In this document: positions 56,769-64,000 of the stretch, one piece after another
Position numbering within the stretch: the first letter of the stretch is position 1
Layout: each line of letters starts with the position of its first letter
Assembly: GCA_051418015.1 (NCBI GenBank)
Contig: JBPRGF010000023.1
Span: 172,127-236,126 of the forward strand
DNA: 64,000 nt
Direction: 5' to 3'
Source of the DNA: Candidatus Nitrospinota bacterium M3_3B_026
Lineage (GTDB): Bacteria; Nitrospinota_A; UBA7883; JBPRGF01
Notes under the pieces: generated by a model
What the model was told of the DNA's origin: nothing
The model's database searches: none
Seen by the model: only the letters and a program-made list of their open reading frames with translations
Position numbers and translations under genes: made by a program

Positions 56769-58136
56769 GTGGCGAAATCCTCCACAGTTTTCATCTGCCA
56801 GTCCTGCGGCTACCAGAGCGCCAAGTGGATGGGCAAATGCCCCTCCTGTGACAAATGGGACACCTTCAGCGAGGAGCTCTCAGTCCCCACGGCCCGCTCC
56901 CACGAAAAGCGAAGATGGGTCGAAACCGACGGACGAAACGATCCCGTTCCCATAACCGAAGTGAAGTCCGACGCCGCCGAGCGCGTATCCACCGGGATAG
57001 GCGAGCTGGACAGGACGCTCGGCGGAGGGGTCGTCTCCGGCTCGCTGACGCTCGTGGGGGGCGACCCGGGGATAGGCAAGTCAACCCTTCTTCTGCAGGT
57101 GGCGGGAGCGCTCGCGAAAACCGCGCCGGTCCTTTACGTCTCCGGAGAGGAGTCGCCCAGCCAGATCAGGATGAGGGGCGAGCGGCTGGGGCTCATGTCC
57201 GAGGCGCTAATGGTCCTGCCGGAGACGCAGGTGGAGATGATCGAGAGGCGAATCCTCGAGATACGCCCCGCCCTCGCCGTGGTGGACTCCATCCAGACCA
57301 TATTCACATCCGAGCTGCCCTCGGCGCCGGGGACGGTGGGGCAGGTCCGCGAGTCCGCCGGGAGGCTCCTTGCGTTGTCCAAGCGGACCGGCATCCCGCT
57401 GTTCCTGATCGGACACGTCACGAAGGACGGGGCCATAGCAGGCCCGAGGCTGCTTGAGCACATGGTGGACACGGTGCTCTACTTCGAGGGGGACAAGGGC
57501 GGCCCGTACAGGATATTGCGCGGGGTGAAAAACAGGTTCGGCTCCACAAACGAGATAGGCGTTTTCGAGATGAAAGGCGACGGGCTGGCCTGCGTGGACA
57601 ACCCGTCGGAGATATTCATCTCCGAGCGGCCCGGCGGCGTCTCAGGCTCGGTGGTGGTGGCCTGCGTCCACGGCGCGCGGCCGCTGCTTGTGGAGACACA
57701 GGCCCTCGTCGCCTCGTCGCATTATCCCACGCCGCGCAGGACGAGCGTCGGCGTGGACCCGAACAGGGTGGCGATACTGCTTGCGATCGTGGAAAAACGG
57801 GCGGGCTACCACATCATGGGAGAGGACGTCTTCGTCAACGCCGCCGGAGGCGTCCGCGTCGACGAGCCGGCGACGGACCTGGGCGTGGTGACCGCCATGG
57901 TCTCCAGCTTCCGCGACGCGCCGGTGGACTCCCGAACCGTCGTCATCGGCGAGGTGGGCCTGAGCGGGGAGATACGCTCCGTGCCGATGATGGACCTGCG
58001 GCTGAACGAGGCGGCCAAGCTCGGGTTCCGCCGCGCCGTCATCCCGAAAGCGAGGAAGACCGCGCCGTTGCCGGACAGCATCGAGCTTATCGAAGTGGCA
58101 GACGTCGGCGAGGCGCTGGAAGTGTTGCTGGACTAA
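56769..58136 (+). CDS. radA: DNA repair protein RadA
   Basis: GTG start. Zinc finger CQSCGYQSAKWMGKCPSC. Walker A GDPGIGKST. KNRFG motif. Lon-like C-terminus. The ORF call from 56478 is a spurious N-terminal extension. Confidence 0.9.
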   Translation: MAKSSTVFICQSCGYQSAKWMGKCPSCDKWDTFSEELSVPTARSHEKRRWVETDGRNDPVPITEVKSDAAERVSTGIGELDRTLGGGVVSGSLTLVGGDPGIGKSTLLLQVAGALAKTAPVLYVSGEESPSQIRMRGERLGLMSEALMVLPETQVEMIERRILEIRPALAVVDSIQTIFTSELPSAPGTVGQVRESAGRLLALSKRTGIPLFLIGHVTKDGAIAGPRLLEHMVDTVLYFEGDKGGPYRILRGVKNRFGSTNEIGVFEMKGDGLACVDNPSEIFISERPGGVSGSVVVACVHGARPLLVETQALVASSHYPTPRRTSVGVDPNRVAILLAIVEKRAGYHIMGEDVFVNAAGGVRVDEPATDLGVVTAMVSSFRDAPVDSRTVVIGEVGLSGEIRSVPMMDLRLNEAAKLGFRRAVIPKARKTAPLPDSIELIEVADVGEALEVLLD

Positions 58137-58151
58137 AATGGCGCGGCGGCG

Positions 58152-58652
58152 TCAACCGTCGACCTCCGTCAGCTTTCCCGTCCCGACGTCGTACACGAAG
58201 CCGCGAGCTGTGACGGGGGCGGGTATCCATGGGTGTTTTTTAATCTTCCGTACCTGCTCGCGAACGTTCTCCTCAAGGCCGGAGAAGGCGTGGAACGCGC
58301 GCGGAGCGTCCGCCTCGGCGCCGGTGTCCTTTATCAACCTGCCCCGCAGCTCTTCGTCCGTGAAGGTCAGCATCCCGCAATCGGTGTGGTTGACGACCAT
58401 GACCTCCTCCACGCCGAGCAGCTCGCAGGCTATGACAAGCGACCGGATAGCGTCATCGGAGACGATCCCGCCCGCGTTGCGGATCACGCACGCGTCGCCT
58501 TTTTCGAGTCCCATGACGCTGAACACGTCGAGGCGCGCGTCCATGCATGTGATCACGGCCAGTTTTTTACCAGGCCGCCGGGCAAGCCCGCCGTCCCTGA
58601 AATCGGCTGAAAACTCCTCGTTGGCCTCCAACACCTCATCGATCGCGCTCAT
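58152..58652 (-). CDS. beta-class carbonic anhydrase
   Basis: CMDARLD and HTDCGM zinc-ligand motifs. Confidence 0.8.
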   Translation of the reverse strand: MSAIDEVLEANEEFSADFRDGGLARRPGKKLAVITCMDARLDVFSVMGLEKGDACVIRNAGGIVSDDAIRSLVIACELLGVEEVMVVNHTDCGMLTFTDEELRGRLIKDTGAEADAPRAFHAFSGLEENVREQVRKIKKHPWIPAPVTARGFVYDVGTGKLTEVDG

Positions 58653-60618
58653 GCCCTCCCCCCATGCTTCGCATCACCCCCATCATCTCGTCCACGCGGT
58701 GGGCGTAGGTGTGCTTTTCCAGGACCGCCCGCCTGCCCGCCGCGGCGATCCGCTCACGCTCCTTTTCATGTTCGATGTAATACTCGGCCAGCTCGGCCGC
58801 GTTCTCGTCGTCGTAGATGACAAGGCTCTCGCGGTCGGTGAAAAAGTCGCGCAGACCGTCGGCGTCGTCGGTCAGCAGCATGGAGCCCGAACAGAGAGCC
58901 TCGAAGACGCGCATGTTCAGATCGTTTTTTATCGCGTTGTTGAAAACGATGCGCGACTGGCAGAAAAACCTGGCCATGTCCTCGAGGAACAGCCGGTCGT
59001 AGCGCGTCCGCGTCCTCTCGGCGATCCGCATGAGAAGCCGCGTCCGCCGCTCGTCGGTCAGCGATCCGACGAACCCCACGTCGTGTTTTTTCTCCACGTC
59101 GATTTTGCCGTGTATCTCGGGGTCGCAGGCCAGCGGGAGCCAGTGGACGTTCTCGACCCCGGCTTCACTGAAGTTTGGAATATAAGCCCGCTGGGCGAGG
59201 AAAACCACGTCGAACATCTTCGCCGTCTGGATATGCTTTTCAAGGTGTATGTGCGTGTCGATGAGGTAGGCCGCCTTCGGGACGGAAAGCGCCTCCAGCG
59301 CGGCGGGAGGGCCGCCGATCCCCGTCTCCACCCAGACGAAAAAGTCCGGCGCGAACCCCTCCGGCAGCCTTTCGATGACGGAGCGCATGTCCAGAACCGC
59401 CTTCTGGTCGTCGATATCGTGCGTCCACGCGGGAGTTTTCATGTTCCCAAGGTCCCATTTCGCGATGGCCTCTCGCGGCAGCTTCGCGCCTGCCGTCACC
59501 ACGTTCAGCTTTTTACGCATAGCCCTTTCCAGGTACGCGCCTGTCGTGGCTGGGTAGGAGGTGTACGAGAGAAGGACGTTCTCGGCGCCTTCGAAGGAGG
59601 GTTTGAACACCTTCTTTTTCGCCGCTTTCGGAAAGGCCGCGCGCGGCTTTGCGGGGCGCCACTCCACGGCGCGCCTTATGGCGGCGCTCCATTTTTCCAG
59701 GAACGCGCTCAGCGGGAAGAGTCTTTCAACGGTTTTGCGCCCTTCGGCGCCGATCTTTTTCGCAAGGTCTGCGTCATCGAGCAGCGCCAGAACCTTTTCG
59801 CGCAACTCCTCGGCCGTCGCGCCGATGAACCCATCCACGCCGCCGGTTATCGGGCAGGTGGGGTTCTCCACGGCGGCCACCGGCATACCCGTGGCCATCG
59901 CCTCCAGAACGGCGAGGTTGTAGCCGTCCTCCCAGGGCGGCATGGCCGTGCTCAAAAGCAGCCTGTTCTCCCGGTACGCCTTTTTCAAGCCCTCCCATCC
60001 GGCGGAGACCCGCGACTCCGGGATGTCCGGGTTCTCGCCCACTATGACGTTGGGAAGACCGTCCTTCAGAACCTCCTCCTGGAGCGAGAAGCCGGTCATC
60101 AGGTCCCGCGCCTTTATGCTGTTGCCGACCCTCAGGACGCGCCGCTGCTCGCCGGTGTAGCCGCCGTATTGCGAAACATCCACGCCGGGGAGGATGATCT
60201 CGCCCGGCATGTCCCAGTCGGCCCGCTTCGTCTCGGAGATAAAGACGCGGTAGACGAGGCTGGTCAGGGTCTTCACCTGTTCTCTGTGACCGTCCGCCGC
60301 CTCCGGCCTGCCGCCGAGCGCCGCCTCGGTGGAGAGCCTGTTGTGGAACACCAGGAGCTTCGGAAGGCGCGCCTCCTTCGCCATCACGATGTCTTTCACG
60401 TTGTGGGCGAGCAGCAGATCGTAATGACCCTCCTTTAATAGCCGCTCGCTGGCCTGCGCCGTCGTGATTTCCTTCACGTTCGGCGGCATGGGGCGCATGG
60501 CGTGGTCCCACGATTTCAACGGCGCGCCTATGTTCGGCGGGGCCACCTCGAACTCATGATCGAGCCGGACGAGAAGCGACAGGTAGGGCGTGTGCCAGTT
60601 GAAGGTTAAAATTCTCAT
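58636..60618 (-). CDS. two-domain glycosyltransferase with CgeB-like (DUF3880/GT1-type) C-terminal domain
   Basis: 660 aa. The C-terminal block (VFEALCSGSMLLTD...AAGRRAVLEKHT) is shared with the next gene. Confidence 0.55.
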   Translation of the reverse strand: MRILTFNWHTPYLSLLVRLDHEFEVAPPNIGAPLKSWDHAMRPMPPNVKEITTAQASERLLKEGHYDLLLAHNVKDIVMAKEARLPKLLVFHNRLSTEAALGGRPEAADGHREQVKTLTSLVYRVFISETKRADWDMPGEIILPGVDVSQYGGYTGEQRRVLRVGNSIKARDLMTGFSLQEEVLKDGLPNVIVGENPDIPESRVSAGWEGLKKAYRENRLLLSTAMPPWEDGYNLAVLEAMATGMPVAAVENPTCPITGGVDGFIGATAEELREKVLALLDDADLAKKIGAEGRKTVERLFPLSAFLEKWSAAIRRAVEWRPAKPRAAFPKAAKKKVFKPSFEGAENVLLSYTSYPATTGAYLERAMRKKLNVVTAGAKLPREAIAKWDLGNMKTPAWTHDIDDQKAVLDMRSVIERLPEGFAPDFFVWVETGIGGPPAALEALSVPKAAYLIDTHIHLEKHIQTAKMFDVVFLAQRAYIPNFSEAGVENVHWLPLACDPEIHGKIDVEKKHDVGFVGSLTDERRTRLLMRIAERTRTRYDRLFLEDMARFFCQSRIVFNNAIKNDLNMRVFEALCSGSMLLTDDADGLRDFFTDRESLVIYDDENAAELAEYYIEHEKERERIAAAGRRAVLEKHTYAHRVDEMMGVMRSMGGGHERDR

Positions 60619-62984
60619 GACCCCAAAACCCCCGCCTCGCCAAGCGTTTTGAAAATCTCCTGGAAGCGTTTTTCGAGGGTATGGTTTTCGATTACCTTTC
60701 TATATCCCGCCTCCGCCACGCGCTCCCGCTCTTCCGGGTGGTCAAGGTAATACCGCGCCTTCTCCCGCGCCTCCTCCGGCGTCGAGTAACAGGCGAAGTC
60801 CTCCCCCTCCGCAAGGACACCCTCCCAGGCCGCGCGCCGCTCGGCCAGGGCGAACCCGCCGCAGGCCATGATCTCCAGCGCCCTCAGGGGGGCGGCGTCC
60901 CACGGGGCGGCGGCGTCATGGGCGAGGTTTACCTTCGCATTGAAGTAGATATCGGGGTATGACTCCGGGTCAAACGGGCGCCAGTAATCCCCGGCGCTCC
61001 CGGAGGCGGCGGAGAATAAATCGCCCAGCCCTTCGGCGACGGCTCCCAGAATTCTCGCGGAAACCTCCTCGCCCAGGATGGCCTGGATATCCTCCTCCGA
61101 AAAAACCCCGCCGAGAGGCGGCGCGCCTTGCGCCTCCTCCTCCCACAGCCTTGGTATTATCCAGTCCCCGTAGTTTTCAAGCTGCCGCTCCATTATCCGC
61201 CGGAACCCGCGAAGCCACCCGAAAAGCGCGTCCTTGCTCTCCACCGGAAGGCCGCGTCCCGTAAGTTCTTTCTTTATCCGCTCCATAAAGCCGGGGTACC
61301 TGTTTTCCCACTCCGGCCGTTCGAGATAGAGAACAGCCGCCTCCCGTTTCGAGTTCAGCGCGCCGCGTTTTACCACGCCAGTGTCCACTCCGGGGGGGAG
61401 AACGTGGACGTTCTCAGCGCCAAGCCTCTTGTAGCGCGCAAGCTCCGAAGGCGACGAGCTGAATATGAAGATAGTTTTGTCCATAAGGCCGCGCCGCCAC
61501 TCGATCTTTCCCCGCCGCCTGCCGTACTCCCACGCCGCGTATGGTATCCCCATCAGCGCCATCCTTTCGGCGACTCTGAAATCGTAGACCGGCGTGATGA
61601 AAACCTCCGGCGCGAAGTCCCGCAAGACCAGCTCCTGGGACCACGTGACCCCGCCCTTCTCCGCCATGGGGATCTCGATCACGGAGTTTCCGATCCGCTC
61701 CAGGACGTCGAGCCAGCCGAAGGAGGAGGCATGGCCGCAGGCCAGCGCCACGCGGCGGCCGCCGCGCTCACGCGAGACGTGGAAGGGGGGCTCCCCGGGA
61801 AAGGGGAAAGGATGGAGTTCGTCCGGATCAGCGGGAAGCTCGGCGTCTGGATCAAGCTCCCTCGCCTTGCGCAGGGCCGCGGCGGCGGTGTCGTTCATGC
61901 CCGCCATAACGGCCAGCTCGGCGCGCTTCAAGACACCCGCGGCGATCATCCGGTTGAGCTTTTTCCTGTAAGGATACGACGCCTTCGCGCCCGGCGCGGT
62001 TTTCTCCGCCACGAGGTATATCGACCATTCGTTCTGGCACGTCCCCTGCTCCACAATGGACAGGCCGGGGATGAGAGAGACCAGGGAACAGAGTGATGCG
62101 CGGGTGAAGGCGCTCTTGTGGGCCGGGTCTGCGCGCAGGGTGTCGAACGCCTCGTCGTCGGGCAGGACCAGCCCCAGGACGCCGCCGGGTTTCAACACGC
62201 GCGTCCATTCCGAGAGCGCCCTGACGGGGTCGGCATAATGCTCCAGGTTGTGGCGGGCGATAACGTAGTCCAACGAGTCATCGGCGAACATGTAAAGATT
62301 GTCCCCGCTGGCCTGGACGTCCGCCTGGGAGGTCATCTGTCTCTGGCTGGTCTCGGCCCCGCTCTTCCCCGGCGGTGTGATGTCAACCCCTATGGCCTCC
62401 GGGCTCGTCTTCGCCCCGCCGCATCCCACGTCGATCCCCCTGCCCTCGACCAGGGGCAGCATCGGCTCGGCCTCGGGATTAAGATGGCGGTGGGTGTTTT
62501 TCATCATCGTGTTGGCCAGGTTCAGGACGATCCTGGCGTCCTTGTGGTTCGCGTTGACCTTCACGGCCTCGGTCCACTTCATGAACGCCCGGCCCCAGGC
62601 GCCCATGACGTAGTCCGCCACGCCCGCCAGGAACCACAGCTCGCCATAGCCCTCGAAGCGGGTCAGCGCCTTCTCGAAATATTTCGACGCCTCGTGGTAG
62701 CTCTTGTGATAGAAGAGGATTTTTCCCAGCAGGTAGTCCAGCTCGAAAGAGCGGGTCAGGAAGTCGCGCTCCGCCTCGGTTTCGGCGACCGACTCGAAAA
62801 CGACGTCCGTGTTCCCCTGCGCCGCCTCCCTGACAAGATACTCAAAAGCCTTCCTCTCCACCTCGCCGAGGTCTTCCGGGACGACGGGGATGTCCGCGTA
62901 GTCCGGCGGCCCGGAAAGGATCTCGTCGATGAGCTTGGCGAGCATGTCCGGCGCGTCGCCGGGCCTGATGTAAAGATCGGTCAT
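60615..62984 (-). CDS. multidomain TPR - class I SAM methyltransferase - CgeB-like glycosyltransferase protein
   Basis: 789 aa. SAM motif GIDVGCGGAKT. C-terminal block (ALEIMACGGFALAER...AEAGYRKVIENHT) paralogous to 58636..60618. Confidence 0.55.
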   Translation of the reverse strand: MTDLYIRPGDAPDMLAKLIDEILSGPPDYADIPVVPEDLGEVERKAFEYLVREAAQGNTDVVFESVAETEAERDFLTRSFELDYLLGKILFYHKSYHEASKYFEKALTRFEGYGELWFLAGVADYVMGAWGRAFMKWTEAVKVNANHKDARIVLNLANTMMKNTHRHLNPEAEPMLPLVEGRGIDVGCGGAKTSPEAIGVDITPPGKSGAETSQRQMTSQADVQASGDNLYMFADDSLDYVIARHNLEHYADPVRALSEWTRVLKPGGVLGLVLPDDEAFDTLRADPAHKSAFTRASLCSLVSLIPGLSIVEQGTCQNEWSIYLVAEKTAPGAKASYPYRKKLNRMIAAGVLKRAELAVMAGMNDTAAAALRKARELDPDAELPADPDELHPFPFPGEPPFHVSRERGGRRVALACGHASSFGWLDVLERIGNSVIEIPMAEKGGVTWSQELVLRDFAPEVFITPVYDFRVAERMALMGIPYAAWEYGRRRGKIEWRRGLMDKTIFIFSSSPSELARYKRLGAENVHVLPPGVDTGVVKRGALNSKREAAVLYLERPEWENRYPGFMERIKKELTGRGLPVESKDALFGWLRGFRRIMERQLENYGDWIIPRLWEEEAQGAPPLGGVFSEEDIQAILGEEVSARILGAVAEGLGDLFSAASGSAGDYWRPFDPESYPDIYFNAKVNLAHDAAAPWDAAPLRALEIMACGGFALAERRAAWEGVLAEGEDFACYSTPEEAREKARYYLDHPEERERVAEAGYRKVIENHTLEKRFQEIFKTLGEAGVLGS

Positions 62985-63031
62985 GGCTCCTTCAGGCGGG
63001 CTCTTCGGCCCGCCCCCCGGCGCGCCCCCTG

Positions 63032-64000
63032 TCAGCTCCAGCTCGCAAGGCCCGGCTCGATCCTGTTGAACATGCTCGGGTGGGTGGGGAGAACGCGGAT
63101 TGAAAAGCCGTGGCGGCCGCTTTCAGTAAGCGGTATGGCGCCCTTGAACATCGCCCTGTGGCTGTCCAGCTCCTCGAAGACCATCGGGGCGGGTTTGCCC
63201 TCCACCAGCCGATCGTTGTAGTCCAGCGCGCCGTAGTACAGCTCCACCCTCAGGTCCTCCGGCTTCAGGCGGCCGAGACGGATGAACGCCGCCACCTCCA
63301 GCATCCTGCCCACGTACAGGTCCCCGTCACCGTCCTTCTGCCTCACTTCTTCTATGGCCACCTGCGCCCACTGGTCGTAAAGCTCCCTTTTCCACGCGGC
63401 CAGTTCCTTGAGCTTTTTTCTGTCTTCCCCTTTAAGCTCCCTGATCCTGCTGACGCAGGGCAGGTAGAAATACGTGGTGTAGTTTCTTACCATCCTGTTG
63501 GTGTTGAAGACCGCGTTGAGCTTCGATATCGAGGATTTCACCATTTTTATCCAGCCCCGGGGCATGTCATCCCTTCCGCGGCCGTAAAACAGCGGCACGA
63601 TCTCTTTTTCCAGCATGTCGTAGAGCGCCCTGGACTCTATCTGGTCCTGCTCGGCGGTGTCGGTGTACTCCTCGCCGCGGCCGATGGCCCAGCCCGTGTC
63701 CACGCTGTAGCCCTCGCACCACCAGCCGTCCAGCACCGAGAAGTTCAGGGCTCCGTTTGCGGCGGCTTTCATGCCCGACGTGCCCGAGGCCTCCATTGGC
63801 CGGCGAGGGTTGTTCAGCCAGACGTCGACGCCCTGGACCATGTACCTTGCGACGTTGATGTCGTAGTTTTCCAGGAAGACCACCTTGTCGCGCAGGTCCT
63901 CGTCGCGGGCCCAGTGGACTATGTTCTTGATGAGGGTTTTCCCTTCGTGGTCGCGGGGATGGGCCTTGCCGGCGAAGATGATCTGGACGGGCCTGTCCTT
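63032..64000 (-). CDS. glgP: alpha-glucan (glycogen/maltodextrin) phosphorylase, GT35 family; 5' end beyond window
   Basis: PLP-site motif EASGTSGMKAAANGALN. Upstream frame-continuous sequence QIIFAGKAHPRD runs to the window edge. Confidence 0.8.
   Translation of the reverse strand, partial: KDRPVQIIFAGKAHPRDHEGKTLIKNIVHWARDEDLRDKVVFLENYDINVARYMVQGVDVWLNNPRRPMEASGTSGMKAAANGALNFSVLDGWWCEGYSVDTGWAIGRGEEYTDTAEQDQIESRALYDMLEKEIVPLFYGRGRDDMPRGWIKMVKSSISKLNAVFNTNRMVRNYTTYFYLPCVSRIRELKGEDRKKLKELAAWKRELYDQWAQVAIEEVRQKDGDGDLYVGRMLEVAAFIRLGRLKPEDLRVELYYGALDYNDRLVEGKPAPMVFEELDSHRAMFKGAIPLTESGRHGFSIRVLPTHPSMFNRIEPGLASWS

Noticed and set aside
56478-58136. 552-aa call for radA
   Set aside because: The N-terminal 97 aa overlap the DUF4124 gene. 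RadA homology begins at a GTG (56769) just before the zinc finger.
58138-60438. 766-aa + strand ORF
   Set aside because: It is antisense to the carbonic anhydrase and glycosyltransferase genes.
1-64000. tRNA genes, CRISPR arrays, IS/transposase or integrase genes
   Set aside because: No tRNA-like acceptor/T-arm signatures (GGTTCGAAT-type) were found in intergenic gaps. There are no repeat-spacer arrays. No transposase or integrase-like ORFs were recognised. The window appears to be core or accessory chromosomal DNA without obvious mobile elements.

Overview
This is a high-GC (about 65-68%) bacterial chromosomal segment, densely packed with genes on both strands and with no sign of a plasmid or prophage. 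The gene content is Deltaproteobacteria/Desulfobacterota-like: a fused cobA-hemD gene, a group 3b NiFe hydrogenase and cd1 nitrite reductase genes. Recognisable housekeeping genes are trpBA, recA-recX, a prepilin peptidase, cobA/hemD, RNase P RNA (rnpB, minus strand, overlapped by spurious ORF calls), a DEAD-box helicase, rpsU, mtnA, a PutA-like proline dehydrogenase/P5C dehydrogenase, aroA, surE, ftsH, folD, xseAB-ispA, radA, a beta-carbonic anhydrase and a 5'-truncated alpha-glucan phosphorylase. The accessory content of most interest has four parts. (1) A cd1 nitrite reductase cluster (nirS, a NirN-like gene with two c-type haem domains, nirJ, nirF) faces a minus-strand heme-copper oxidase operon (CuA subunit II, subunit I, a 42-aa membrane peptide, SCO1/SenC, and a cytochrome b6–2[4Fe-4S]–MvhD fusion), across an intergenic region with two FNR/Dnr-type palindromes. 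Subunit I lacks the helix-VI cross-linked Tyr (HSSQQ instead of HPEVY), so this may be an undescribed CuA-type NO reductase or respiratory module. (2) A 4-subunit NAD(P)-linked group 3b NiFe hydrogenase (AsrA-like beta, AsrB-like gamma, small, large, protease) has a stand-alone cNMP-binding gene inserted between beta and gamma. (3) A cyclic-nucleotide and c-di-GMP signalling neighbourhood contains an REC-HD-GYP regulator, a CheY-like regulator, and a FecR - outer-membrane barrel - CHASE2 class III cyclase operon. (4) A family of short inverted-repeat intergenic elements (GTCCTGA...TCAGGAC) occurs at least three times. Many long ORFs in the six-frame track are antisense or alternative-frame artefacts of the high GC content and were rejected.
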